Origin: Vicugna vicugna
Lineage: Eukaryota
Direction of reading: 5' to 3'
DNA: 64,000 nucleotides
Assembly: GCA_013265495.1 (NCBI GenBank)
Contig: MU058636.1
Location: 8,515,425 to 8,579,424 of the forward strand
Below, in pieces: positions 1-14,200 of the stretch. The notes beneath the pieces were generated by a model, which saw only the letters and a list, made by a program, of their open reading frames with translations, ran no database searches and was not told where the DNA came from. Numbering within the stretch: the first letter of the stretch is position 1; the number at the start of each line of letters is the position of its first letter. The position numbers and the translations under genes are program-made.

Positions 1-57
1 CGCAGGACCTCGTGTGTGGTAAGCACTCACCCTACCACTGAGTTGTAACTTCCCCCC
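1..57 (-). mobile_element. tRNA-derived SINE (Vic-1-like), 5' part, cut by window edge
   Basis: Reverse complement reads ggggggaagttacaactcagtggtagggtgagtgcttacc...gaggtcctg, the same head as the SINEs at 23263 and 53574. Confidence 0.75.
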
Positions 58-3000
58 ATTAATTGGATTGGGGCAACGAGTCAAGCGCACATGAAAGCAT
101 GTTAGGGTTACCAGGGTGTGAATCCTTGGAGCTGAGTTTGGGGGAAATAAAACAAATACCTTACAAGTATAATCAGTTACCACATACAAAACATTTCAGG
201 GACATGACATCATTTTTATCCTTTTTGAGGGTGTAGACTTACTCTACCTTAAGGACGAGGATAGAGAGAGTTACTAGAGTGTGTAAATATATTCAAGAAG
301 TAATATATGATGATGATGATGAAGCAAATGATGAAGTGTATGGCTACCTGATCTGGGATTTTTTCCTGCACATTATCTTTCTCATTGAGACTGACAGCCA
401 AGCATTATATAAATTCAGAGGGAGTTTTCTCTTCCAGATGGGATGGTCCGAAAATGCTTCCCAGTGGGTCTACACTAAACATGGGCAGATTTGTATAAGC
501 CGAGAAGAAAGGGGAAGGCAAGGCATGTCGGGAGAGAGGGAACAGAGGTTGGGGAGAAGGTGCACAGGGTGCTGAAAGGATGCCCTCAGGGGATTTCAGA
601 CTGCAGTAGATGCTTTAGTCCTTTGTAAGGGACTCAAGAAAGTTCTGTTGGTGTCAAAAATCGGCCCACCCCAGAAGCAAACCGAACATCTGCCCCTTTC
701 ATAGGACTCCCCTGTCCCCTCAATATTTCTCATTGTTCTTCTTCACTCTTGGTTTTTATGGATCTCCCATAGGTAACCCTTTTCTTTTCTGATAGCAATC
801 AAGCAAACAGCCCCTGGGTACACAGAAAGTGGCTTGATTATCATTAAAAAAAAAAAGGTATTTGAAAGTGGAAGGAGAGATGAGGCAATGGATTAAAACA
901 GCAGTTCCACGGCTGAGATGTGGAACCACACGAACTGGACATGGAATGATTTCTTGTGCGACTGTTTCTCTTCATCTTGTCTTAGAGAGTCTGTTCATTA
1001 AAAGACACTGTGGGCAAAAAAAGATGGGTACATTGAAGTAACTTTACATCAATAGGTTAAGCAAATACAGCTAGACAAAACAAAACTGCATTTCTTCAAG
1101 GCTGGGGTGAAGGGGCTCTCTTCACTACTTAGTAAGTAATTTATTAAAGTAAGTGACAAGCTCCAATGCTGGTAAAGTTAAATTTCATAATCCAAAGAAG
1201 CGCTTCTCTTAATACCCTCTTTGCCTTTTAGTTTGGTCAAAGTCACGTGTTTGAAGGTCAGTCAGGGCTGCTGCTGATACACCTGCAGAGCATCAGCAAA
1301 GGGAGACACGGGGTGTTAGCACGTCCTGTCCTCTTGGAGTTGGTTCCCCTCCCCTCCCGACACACACACCATCTTCATGTCGGCACTTTATTATCAGAGC
1401 ATAATCTACCATCTTTTTCCTGGTTTTCATATGAAGCTTTATTTTATTTATTTTTTTTTACGGTATTCTTCATTAGAGTTTAGCACAGGGGAAAGGTCCT
1501 AATAGAAGGGAGTTAACAAAGCCTACGGAAAATGCAAGATTTAACGAGCAGTTGCTACATCTCATCAATTCTCAGAAACTGAAGGGCACTGTAAGAAACT
1601 GAGCATAAACAACACTGTTCATACAGGCAGAAAAAGTCAAAGGAAGGTTATGTACCTCATTCCACATGGTCTGGGTGAATTTGAGGACTAACATACTCTG
1701 ACCTTCCTGGCCCAAATCTCATTAAAGCATGAGACACCCCAAGGCAATTCAGCAAATAACTTTATTGGGAGCACTTAAGGGTTGCTTGGATAGGTATTTC
1801 TGCTCTGTCTATACACACATATAGGCTGTGTGAAATTACCTAGAAGCAGCAAATCATTTAATCCCCACAGAACACCTGCCATTGTCAACCCCTCAGTCAG
1901 CTTTAATTTTCACTGACACTTTTTCTCAAAAGACCTTTTTCCTTAATTACCGAAAAGTACACGTCTGTGCTTAGTAAATGAACCGTGTACACAATTTTTT
2001 ACTAAACACGGCTCCAGTGAAGTTTATGTAGAGGTGAAGAGTAACGATGGGACAATGTAAGAAGAACACGAGGGAGTGTGCGTAATACACAAGTTCCCCA
2101 AAATGTGGATACTATGTGGGTACAAATTTGTTCTCATTTTAGGATTGAAATAACTGGCAAGGATCACTGTAGATCTAAGTATTCTCGCCGTGGTTTTACA
2201 TTCTCTTTCTACCACACCTGCTTGCTGCATGTCTGCACCAGCACTCTCTAAACTGTATCCCATTAATGAACAGATGTTTCCATGAAAAAAAAAATGGCTA
2301 CCAAGTTAAAGATGAAAAGAAGGAAAACTTTTACACGACAAAAAATTAAAGTGATCACTGCCTTTAATTGCTCAAGAAGATTAAAACATTTCAGTTATCT
2401 CTTCCCCCTTCCTTCCTTCTGTCCTTCTCTTCTGTTCTTTGCCTCCTTCCTAGATGTTTCCTTCTTTGTACTTTGTTTTCTTTTTGTCCCCTCCTTCCTA
2501 TCTTTCTTTCTCTCTTTCTCCCCCACCTCCATTACTTGGATTATTTAGAGGGACACTCAGCTTTATACCAGTCCCCTTTGAAGGACATCATTAAACGGGG
2601 CGACCCTACACTTTGACACTTGCTATTGGTCCGTCGCAGCAACGCTCCCTTCAGATGGCCCTCACTGCCTGCAGCCGTGCTGGGAGCCCACAGCTTCTGC
2701 CTCCTCTGCTCCATCTTTCTACTGAAGTCAGTCGCAGCATCACCCCAGGACTGGAGGGAGTGGGGTTTCTTTGCCACACACTGCATTGCAGCCCCTTCTC
2801 TCTCTGCAGTGGCTGGCCAGTTCCTGAACAATCCCTGCCTTCACGTTAAAATTCATATTAAAACATTATAAACATTCAAATTCCCATGTGTGCCATGAAT
2901 TTATAAAAGACACCCTAAAAAAAAAAAGGAAAAACTTCCTATGCCTCTCTTCCAATAACCTTTAAAATAAAGTTTCAAAAACCTAATCTCATGATTATTT

Positions 3001-4912
3001 ATAAAATTATTGAGTCATGGAATTTTAAATGTTGGAGAAACTGTGAAGATTATTGAATCTAATCTCAGTTTTACAAATAAGTTGAATTCTAGTATCAGTG
3101 ATGAGAAACACCTATTCAAAATACTGAAACACCTAAAACCATAAAAAAAAAAAACCAAAAAATAATGATGAGACAGGAGATAAAGCTGAAAAGTGAAAAC
3201 AAACAGTCAAAAAAAACCCCCAAAAAACAAGAAACCTCACTATAATATGGGGAGAAACTAAACTATTAATTGAATATGGACAAAGCTAGTGGGCAGAGGA
3301 GAAATAAAAAATTAATGAGGCCTTGATAATTAAAACAACGATGGATCAGATTTATTTGTTATTTGAGTTTTCTTCCTCTTTTCAGTTTTTAAATATATTT
3401 TTCTAGTTTAAAAACTAGTGTCCAAAGTTCAGACTATGGCCATATTCTCTAAAAGAGCAAAATCTAGATTCTGGAACCAACCAACCTACTTTACGCATCT
3501 TGACTAAGTCAGATAATCACATGGACGTCTCAGTTGGCTCTTGGGTGATTTAAAAGAGAGTTGAAGCATTTGGGGTGAATGTATTACACTGATTTACAGA
3601 AGCTCAATCTGATTCTTTTGCTTAAAAAGGACCACAGATCCTTATACTTGCCAGTCTCCCCTGGATCTTGCTGTTTATTCCTTAAAAACGCAAAAGTAAC
3701 CTATATCCTTTGGGGCTTTATTTTCTCTGCCCGGGAATGTTTTTCAGCAACTCATTTTGTAGTGTTGATAATAAGGCTTAGGAATTATCTGTAGGCAGAA
3801 GAGCTTCCGGGAGTTATCTTGTCCCTAGCTGAAAACCCTTTCTTCTGCTTCAGCCCTAAAGTCCCTCATAGCTGCCAGTGGCCTTTCACTGTCTGGGCCT
3901 TTCTCTGCTTCCTAAAGATAGCTCTGATTGTGCTCCTAATTAAAATGATTCTCCGGTCTGCCTGAGCATGGTGATACTGCGTAACTGATCAGACTCTCCC
4001 ACTTCATCTTTCAAAGCAGCATTTCACCTAGTCCTCCCTATTTTAATTAAGCAATAGTGTTCTGCATCGTCTACGAGTCGGACATTGGCTGGACTACGTG
4101 GGGAGAGGACCAAGATCTGTAAGAACCAGATGAATCCACCTTCTGGGATCTCAGAAGATGGTGGAGACTGATCATGTGACTGGGTCGCTTATTACGGAGG
4201 ATTATGTGACCTCTTAGAAAAGGGGGGAGGGTATAGGAGGAATTATGCCCAACATGAAATAATCAGGGAAAATGAAAGAAAGGAAGCAGAATTGGTTAGT
4301 GAAACCTAAGATAACAGAATTTTGACAAGCACAGCTTGGTAGGTTGCTGAGTTTTAGTCTGGTTTAGAGAATACCATGTTAAAAAGGTGAGGATGGAGAT
4401 AAGGATGTTCAGATGTGCTATCCCTTTATCCCTTGTGCTCCAAGGTTACAATCAATGGTGAATATACTACAGAGAGAGTATAAAGGGAAACTGCAGCTAT
4501 ACTTTGGGATATAGATGAAAAAGTTTATTGAGGCAATTTCTCCAATCTAAGTCCTTGGTGTTCAGTGGAGGCCACGGCCAGCAACAGCCAGAAGCTCAGT
4601 AGCAACGTGGGAACCCCAGGCCCCATTTCACACTGCAGTTAACAGTGTGATTCCTCTGAATGAAAATCTGATAAATGCTGGTTTAAAGGAGTTGATGTCT
4701 AATGAAGTTATATTTAGCTTCATTGCATCTGATAAAAACTGGAGTAGTCTTAAGTCAGTGTAAATATACATTGAAATACTTATAAATCCTGGGAACAAGT
4801 GTGTGTGTGTGTATGTGTGTGTGTGCACACACGTACACACATGCATACAGGAGTTTAAGCTAAACTTAGGTGTGCGTAGCATGAGAACTTGGGTGATGGG
4901 GACCAGCCACAG

Positions 4913-5100
4913 AGTGGGGGGCTCTCAAAGCTGGGTCAGCAACAGGATTGCCTGGAGGCTTGTTAAAACACATCTGCCTCACCCCCACCCCCAGCATTTC
5001 TGATTCAGTAGGTCCAGGATGAGGCCCTAAACTTTACATTTCTACCGAGTTCCCAGGGGATACTGATGTTGCTGATCTGAGACTAACTTTTAAGAATGCC
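4913..5100. mobile_element. MER5A-like hAT-Charlie MITE
   Basis: Contains tctcaaa...cctggaggcttgttaaaacaca...tctgattcagtaggtc...catttcta...gttcccaggggatactgatgttgctg; about 190 bp. Confidence 0.75.
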
Positions 5101-5699
5101 TTACAGAAAAAGACTTGAGTAATATAGCATAGTCTTCCAATTTTTTCTAATTTTTCTCTTTTTCTACTTTTTTTGCTCTCCTCATTTAGGCCAGTCCTCT
5201 TATTGAGGTTATGAACAGGCCAGCTGAGTAAAGATGCCTTTGAAGGGAGGTGAGTAGAAGACATCTAGCAGATGCTGCATGGTGGTACAGATTAGTGTAA
5301 TATCTGATTACAGGAATAAACACAAAAATATCAAGAGTAACAGCCATCAAGTTGCTGAACTCTAGTGCTGGTAGAAAAGCTGAACACTGGGTGATGGCAG
5401 GCAAAGGAAGAGCGCAAACTCATTCACCGTCTAAGCGTGAAGGCCAGAAAGGGACTAGACCAGCATGAAGCAGACTGAGGCACAGTGGATATAAGAGACA
5501 TGATAAAGAACCTGGACCAGAAAAGGAGAAAAAAAATTATCATACCTAGTTTCTGACAGATCTTTAACCTATGTGTCACTCTCTGCCTTCATCACGACCC
5601 TAAAGTGAAATGGCAAATAATACTGTCCTTCTATTATACACTTAGATGTTGAGGGGGTTGTGTGAATGTTAATGAATTATTAAATTATTCATGTGTTTT

Positions 5700-5840
5700 T
5701 TTCCTGATCTGTAAAATGGGGATAATAGAAACACTTATCATATAAGGTTATTGTAAAATTACATGAATTAATGCACAAAAAATACAGCAGTTGCTAGATC
5801 ACAGCGTATGGTCAGTAAATACTAGCTGTTACCATTATTG
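5700..5840 (+). mobile_element. MIR SINE fragment
   Basis: MIR core atctgtaaaatgggataata...gttattgtaaaattacatga...cagtaaatactagctgtta. Confidence 0.7.
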
Positions 5841-5906
5841 TAGATACACAGATATATTTACACACACAAGGATATCTGCACACACACATATGTCCATTTA
5901 CATACA

Positions 5907-6123
5907 CACTCGAATCCTCTGTATCTGTGGGTTTCACAAGCATGGATTCAACCAACTGAAGATTGAATTCTTAGTTGGTTGACTCTGGAATGCAAAACCC
6001 ACAGATATAAAAAGGTGGCTGTACTCGTTGTATTGAGCCATTTTATACAAGCAGCTTGAGCATCTGCAGATTTGGTATCTCCCAGGGGCTCCTGTAACCA
6101 GTGGATCCCAAGACATGACTGTA
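5907..6123. mobile_element. Tigger-family (MER2-like) MITE
   Basis: Contains cctctgtatctgtgggtt...ggattcaaccaac...cttgagcatctgcagatttggtatc and ends gactg|ta, with a TA target. Confidence 0.75.
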
Positions 6124-9100
6124 CAATCACTCATAGTCCTATACACAAATATATATAATATTTATTCACTTTTATCAATTTACAGAGTATTGTAGCTATG
6201 CCCATTTATATATGTTTACGTAGTGTATAACCTAAATTCAATGAACATAAAATTGGGGATTAGTTTAAAAAGATTTCTTTGAGGAACCTACCTTCAGCAG
6301 ATAATAATAATTCAAGCATAAGGGAATACCACTAAAATAACTAGTTGACTATGAAGTTTTTAAAAGCCTCATTAAAAGGTAAAAAGTTAATGAAGACTTA
6401 ATGATATCCAAGAAGACACTGGCTGAAAAGCTTGAGATTAGTAAAGAAGACTGATAAACTTTAAGTACAGTCTTCTACTGATTATTTTGGCCAACAAACC
6501 CCCTGGCTCTGTCAAGTTCAAAGACTCTCCAATCCAGTCATCAAATCACCTAATTTTCTTCCTTGGACCTGCATGTCAAACGCAGATCTGCAGACTGCAA
6601 TTCAAGGAACAACTCAAACACATTACTCGGGAGCCACTTCTGATGTCTACATATGCAGAAGAGAAGGTGACAACTAAACTCCCCTGGTAGTGTCAGTGAG
6701 ACAGGGCAGGATTAAACTTCTTAAATCATTTCTGGGCCTAAATTCAAAATTGGTTTGGCAACTGAGCTGGGATGATGAGTGGGCAATAACGGGAAGCTGA
6801 AAATGCAGAGACAAAGGAAATAAGGTGGGAGGTGATAAATCCAACAGTGAATACATTCAACTACTGAACTTGGCAAACAAACAAAATGTGGTTTTGGTAG
6901 TGGGAAGGCAGAGTCGATAGACATGGTTCGTTCTGTGAACATCGCAAAGGGTGGCAGTTGGTAGAAATTCATTGTCTATGAGATGAATTTCTCATCTCTT
7001 TAGAGGGCACATGAAGAACTGTTTTAAACTATCATGGAAAAGAGATGAAAAACTGCCAGTCATTTCTAGGTGGCTACCTAGATGCTTTCTTAAAAAAGAA
7101 GAGAGAGGTGGAGGCAGAAAATGATGCAGTTTTGAAGGAACAATCATTTGACTGTTGGATTATGTAGGTGAATAACAGGTGAGAATGGCAGATGGAAAAC
7201 AGAAGAAAGTTTGGGCCTCATCCTGGCTGTGGGCTGGCTTTCCAATTAAATTAACTGCTGAACATGACTCAAGGCCTGTGCGTCCATTTAATTAGGCACA
7301 AACCACTCGTGTAATTTCCACAGAACAGCCTGGTTGAAGTCATTAGCCTCAACAATAGGAAGGACACTGTATTCTCTTGCTTGTTCCCAGAAATTGCAAA
7401 ATTAGCTGCTTCTCCTTCTTCTGAATGTCGTGTAAACTAGTCCAGCAGCCTCCTAGGAGACCCTCGCTGGAGCATAGGGTGGGAAGTCTACCTCGGTCTA
7501 CCTTCGATGCCAGGCCTTAGCAGCTACTGAAAATCAAGTTGTTCTTGGAAACTCATCTTTACAAGGAGTACAGAGACAGAGTGTTTCAAGAAGTTTTCAA
7601 GGAAATATATCTCAGAGAAATGTAGTTCAAGTCCAGGAGAATCAGTGGAAGAGGGGTGGGACCTTGAAGTGGCAACATGGTCTTCAGTTCTCTGTCATCC
7701 TCTTGATATTCCTTTAAAAGAAGATAATTATATTCTCTCCCCTACCTTGCTCTTTTGTGCAATCAGAGGTGTATGCATGTCTGATGCTTCTGATGAAAAA
7801 TGTAAGGAAAAAAAAGATAAACCAATTTCAAGGAATTCATTTCCTTGAGTATAAAACTGTTGATAATGTCCAAACACTGGGAAGAAATAGCAACATTGGA
7901 CTTTCATGCAAGAAAATGTTGATTGTAGAAATGCATACATATGAACTATCAACTTTTACAAAACATTTTTAGTCTCTATACAGAGGATATGTATTGTTCA
8001 CTACCCTTAACGCACTGATCTTCATGACACCCAAATCTAGATGAGAGGTGTGTGTCCTCAGGGGCATCCGATCTACAGGGGGTGATCAATGAAATAGATT
8101 TTGAAATAGATTCAAAACTTTGTTGTCCTATGTTATTAACATAGATCAGATGACATATATAGATAGGTTAAAGCACACTGTGTGTTTTGACTTGGAATTC
8201 TCAATACCCAGTATCACTCTGTTCCAAGAGGTAATTATAACCCGAAACTTCACTTCACCAAGTTCTAAGCTTCTGTAATACAATCTGTTTGTAAATTAGG
8301 GATTGTCTCTAAAAGATTTTCAGCAATTATCTTTAAATATCACAAGATGTGAACATTCTGATACCATCACCAGTATCCATTCCAACCTCCCCCCGCCACC
8401 CCACCCCACCCCACTACCGCAACAGAATTCAGGGAGTCCTACAGCCAGTCATCCAGTAACTCTTGGTCCTCCTGCTAACCTGCGACACCCCAAACTGCAT
8501 ATCTACTTCCAGCAACAGAACCAAGGCTGTCCCTCTAGTTATATTTATATATATTCATAGTTATATTTAACTAGAAAGGGTCTGATTCTGAGATGAAAAG
8601 AATTTGTACAAAATTACACTTAATTGGATTCACCTTAATCTTTCATTTGCATTTAAGATATGATTCAGGGTAGTGAATGACAGAGATCGAGGTCCCAGCA
8701 CTGAAGGAAACTTTCCACCCTGGGTCCTTGTCACCAGTGCTGTCTTTGGTCTGAGTCTCCTGATCTATACTGACTTTGGGAGGAGGAAGGACAAGAGGTC
8801 ACCTTCAATGCTGGTGCTCTCTTTATCCTAGAACAGGGAGTCAACTTCTTGTTTCAAACAGATGAGAGGCTTCCATACTTGATATTAAATAGAGTTATGA
8901 TCTTAGAAATAATAAAGATTATGGAAATTGCACAGAATGCCTCTCTCTCTCTCTCTTTTTTTTTTTGTACCTAGAGTTTTATTAGGAGTAAATGAAAGCT
9001 ATGAGGAGGTTTACAAATGCTCAAGAATTTCTTGCTAAATTCTTCCCTGGGGTGGAAAGTCCATTTGATAGCAAGCAGAACCTATCTGTTTCATTTCATC

Positions 9101-12100
9101 TAGACATATTGTTGCCAACTCTGAGTAACTATTTAACCACCTCCAAACATTTATAATGCAACTTTTGGTGCATCATACACACAAGGAAGGTAGTTAAAAT
9201 ATTTACTTATATTTCTGTCAGGATAATTTTACTTTACCTAAAACATTGTTGAAAGCTGAAGACAGTTGGAATTTTTTTCCTTTTACTAAATTCAGTAAGA
9301 CCATGATACCTATTCTGGACACATCCATAGGTACCTCATTCCCTAATACCAAAGGATTTCAAAAGTCATAATAGGAATTCAAGAAAGGGGTACTCTCATA
9401 CCTAGTCCCAGAATTTAAGAACAGTGAGCAAGGTTCAACAAAACATAATAGCTCAATTGGGAGTCTGAATTTTAAGTACATCGTTTATTTAGTTAATTGA
9501 AACTTAAGGTCCCAAAGAGTGACAAAGACACTTCCTTTTTCTCTCTCCACATTAAAAAAAAAAAAAAAGGCATCCAAGTGATCTCTGCCTTCTCAACACA
9601 ATGAAGACAGGTTTCTCATGGAGCAAAGGGCTAGAGAAGCCTTTATGACATAATTTCTTGGGGTTGACCTATTCTCGCTATTTCATCGTTAGCACAATAA
9701 TCTTCCACTGTGTCTACAGAAGTCTGCCCAGAGAAGGAAGTCGCCTCCTCCAACTGGAGCCACGTCCAAGGCAAAATTTTCCACCCCAGGATATTATGGA
9801 GGCAGACAACACTGCACTGGGAAACATGGGAGTCTATTTTGAGATAGGTTTTTTTCCCAGTGTCACTGTAATATTGACCTCAAAAGGTCTAAAGACCAAG
9901 AATATTCTTGAGTTGAAGACTTGGAACATTCACTCATTATCTAAGAAATGATAATATTTCCTGGTACTGTATGTCAGCATCCAGACACTGCCCAATACCC
10001 AGATCTGAAGGGAATTCAAAAGATCACAAAGATCTGTTGATTGCACTGGAGAGATGTCAAATTAGTGTAAAATTTTTATACAGATAGTCTTGTCCCTGTG
10101 AAGAGTGTAGGATTAATAATGAACTAATATTATTGATAATCAGCAATCACTGTAGAATTACTAAATAAGTGAGGAAGGCAAAACTTTGTATGTGAAGCAA
10201 CTAGAGAATGAAACATTACACCCTCCACCATTCGCTTTTCCTCCTTTCATGTACACATTCAAGCTCTAGGAATCCTCTGTCCCAAATGCTGCCTCCCCCT
10301 TACTCAACCACTCCAATCACCACACCATCTTCTTCTCTGGCTGGCTTCATTCTAAGAAAGCTGTCCAGGAGGACCCTTCACAGCAGTGGGCTTTCTCTAA
10401 ATACTCGTCTATCAGCAACTAAATGTGTAACATGACAGTTAACTCTTTACTGATACCTATCTCTCTGGATACCCCCATGCTAACCTGATACTATTCATTT
10501 CTGCATCTACAATGCTTTGCAGAGTTTCTGGTACAAAGAAGATTCTTGAGAAATATTTTTATGGTGAATGAGGAAATATATGAATGGCGACAGTAGCAAT
10601 CTGACCAACTCTATCTACTGCTTTCAGAATTGCATCTATGTTATTTCATGACTTTAATGCTGCCATGGAGCACGGCAGGAGAGGCAGAGTCTAAACATAT
10701 GGCTGAAGGCTAAGGGAAAAAGAGCAGACAATACAACATTCCTTCCAAAGGAAGTCAAAGGAATAGAGCACAGCATGTAACTGACTTTACTACTCCATCC
10801 TAAGAATTAGGAAGAAAATTATTTTCTCCATCAATAAACATGATCATGATACATGGAAAGGGAATGACTTACTTTAATTCTGTTACAAATTAATGACTGA
10901 TTTCTGACTCCTGCTGGATTATGAGACTTCTCCTGGTTTATGCAAACACCGAGATAAAGCTCGGAAGCCGGGCTTATGTATAAGACTTAAAGAGTCAACC
11001 AAATCAGTGTTGATTGTGGCAGTATTTTAATAGGCAATGCTTGAAGAATAGAGTTAACCAAAAAATGCACAAAACATTATTATTTTTTTTTTGGCTGCTG
11101 GTTTTAGTTTTAGAAAGAGCTGCTGATTTATGATTTTTAGATCTTAAGAGGATAAGTGACTACCCTCACCACCAAGAAAAAGTAGTTTATAAAATTGTCT
11201 CCTTTCTACTTTTCAACTACAGTAGAATTAATGTGATAGCTTTGGTGTGAAAATTATTTGTTTTCATATCAAAAAGAAGGACATGCTTAGAAATAGAAAT
11301 ATCAAATACTTATTTCCTAGCTAAATATCCTACCAAATGTATACATTCTGCTTACCAATCATGTTGTTTATCCTTTCTCTTGCTAGAAAAATCTTCAGCT
11401 GATGACTAAACGTCTTTAGGGGTCTTGAAAGCTGGTGTGTATTTGACACGTGGATCATACTTCAGTTTGGACAAACTACAGTTCGGATGCTTAACTACCT
11501 TATGGAGCAAATGGCTGTGTACTGACAACATAAATCTAGTGCTTTCAAGTTACAGACTAATAGATACCTTTTGAAATTAAAAAAAAAAGAACAACTATCT
11601 AAGCGGGTCACTGAGCACTGAATGCAGAGAGCAGCCATTTTGTTGTTTCAGTGGCTGTTAATAAAAAGCCGATTCTAGAAGAGAGTGACGGTCCCTATTT
11701 CCCGGGCTGCCCTTCTCTCTGAAGGGTGCCAAGCAGGCAGTCAATTCTATTTAATGATTTTTGCACATCTCCGTCCTCCATCTCCCAGGGCTATGCAGTG
11801 CAGAGGATCTGTACTCCTCTTCCTCTGGAGAGTGCTCTTTCCTTGTAGTGTGAAAAAGAGATTGAACAATGGGGAGTGCCCAGTGGAGGGCCCAGTGGAG
11901 GGCCCAGCCTCAGGCCTCTGTTCTTTGCATGTCCTTTGGGGGCAGACACCCCTGCCCCGCAGTGAGGCTGCCGGGCTGCTCCCACACATTTCTCACGGGC
12001 GCCCGAGCAATAAGCAATCCCCTGATGTGAGTCATGCCTGTTGTCAAGCGTAAATAACACTGGGACAGTTCAGCCTATCAGACAGTGTCACCTTTGTGTG

Positions 12101-13539
12101 TAACATTTTTGAACAGGAAATCAGCTAACTTTTCTCCTTGCTGAGATTATCTTTAAGGGCCTGGGAGGGCCACTCGGTTTCGATCCGGGAGCACTTCCTC
12201 ACTGGGGTGGCCTGGGAGGGTTTCCGCCTAAGGGAGATGTGGAGAATCTCACGGCCCCGGAGAAGACAAGCCTAGAGACGGGTGAGGTGGGGGCATGTCA
12301 GCAAACACCTCAGATGCCCGTGATCTTCAAATGGCAAATGCCTGGCTTATTATTTATCTGCTTTTATTCCTCAAAGGAGAAAGAAATATGTCATGTTAGT
12401 TTTTCACATTTATGACACACAAGATTGAAAAAGTTGAATGAAAAAAGAAACGGCACACAGGCTCACACATGCACACTCTGTGTCAGACACACCAGGACTT
12501 GTCTTTCTTAGAAAGTCCGAGTGGAAGGTGCTTCAAAAATCATCAAGCGGCACCTCTTTGCTTTACAGGAAATTGAGGTCCAGGGAGGTCAGAAGAATTT
12601 TTCAGGGTCATGAAACTAGTTAACAGCAGAGGCAAAGCTAGCTTCCCATCAGATGTGATGCTGATTGGAACTGTGGGGAGGTGGGGCAGGAGCTCAGGAC
12701 CCCACCCGACCCCCAAATGAAGTCAGACTTACAGAGCTATAATCCCAACTCAGTAATTACAGATTCTGGATCCTACAGCATCACTACATCACCCTCTACC
12801 ATTCTGCATGCCTTTAAGTAGCCAATGAAAGACAGAAAATCAATAAGACTGGTTTAATCATGTTCTGAAAACTGAATGAAATAAAAGTTAGGCATTCAAT
12901 TCCAAAGTACTGGCTTTGTGGTCAAAAGGGCTTTTCTTTTTTGTTGTTGATCTTATTAGACCCTGAGATGGCTGTAGACTCTGTTTCTCATGCTCTAGAT
13001 AACTAATAACCTTGAAAGAAAAAAAGCTCCCAAAAGCTCCCTCTAAGGAGAAATGAGTATTTCCACTGCCGAGCCTCTTAAATCTTACTTGGTGTTTTCT
13101 GAATGGAATTAAACAATGCCTTAAGGTTAAAGGATGGAGGAAGAGGTACTTTTACATGGGGTGAGACATAGCTGTGTGGATGTAGATTGAGTGAAAAGGA
13201 AGAGAAGCCAGACAGAAGGAAAAAAAACCCTTGGGTGCTTTGTCTTGTAGTTTAGTATCGTTTAGCTTTTCTCGAACTTTCTATACAGGGCAGAAATTCT
13301 AAAGAGTCAAGTAGAGGAATCACTTATTGATCCCAAGGATAAAATGGGCAACGTTCTACTAAGAGACAGATGTGCTCAGAAAGACGAGGGGAGGAAGGCA
13401 GAACCAAGTGGGGACCATATTTAATAAGAATCCGTGTGTCCCTCACTTCAGTTTCAATTCATATAGGAAGCATCCAGGTACAGCCGTAGGCATCCTTTTC
13501 CCTCCCTCCACGTATCTGAGCCATCACGGAGAAACATGA

Positions 13540-14200
13540 TTTTTCCCTACATTTCTATTTCTCACTCTCCACTCTCACCACTCTCGCCCAAGCTACCGTT
13601 GTTTATGATCTAAAACTCTTTGATCATTTTCCCCACTCTTAGAGAAACACAGCACCTAAAGAGATCTTTTCAGACCACAAATTTAAGCGTGATGTCTCCC
13701 AGCTTAACGCCTTTTAAAAGCTTCTTGCAGCTTTTAGGATGAAAACACATCGTTAACGAGGCTCCAGCTGACTTGGCTCCTGCATTTCCACTTGGCAGAG
13801 TTTCGCCTCCCGCTCGCCCTGTGGTTCTCTGTGCTCCAGGCCACGGGTCTCACTGTCAGCACAGAACTGCCTCACGTGATGCTCCCTTTGTCGGCAATGC
13901 TATCCATCCCCTTGCCCACCCGCCTCCTGTAACTGTCTCCCATTCCTCACTTGCTCTGCCTGGCACATCTGGACTGGTTCAGACTGCACATTGTCACACA
14001 GCTCCCAACATTCTCCTTCACTGTACTTTTCAAGGACTGCACTAGTCCAGTTATTTGGGTAATTCTTTTTTAACATTATTCTTTTCCACTAGACTCCTAG
14101 TTACATAAGGGCAGGAACTACGCTAGTCATACTCACCTCTGCATTTCCGATGCCTCGCAATGCCCAGCACATGTAGGAGCACAAACAATGTTTGTTTGGG
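13540..14200 (+). mobile_element. L2 LINE 3' region
   Basis: Degenerate L2 3' motifs (cccaagctacc, gagatctttt, ccactagact...agggcagga, tgcccagcacatgtaggagc). Confidence 0.65.

Noticed and set aside
279..575. 98-aa ORF with an acidic DDDDE run
   Set aside because: It derives from a short (GAT)n repeat. It has no recognisable homology or splice structure and lies antisense within an intron.
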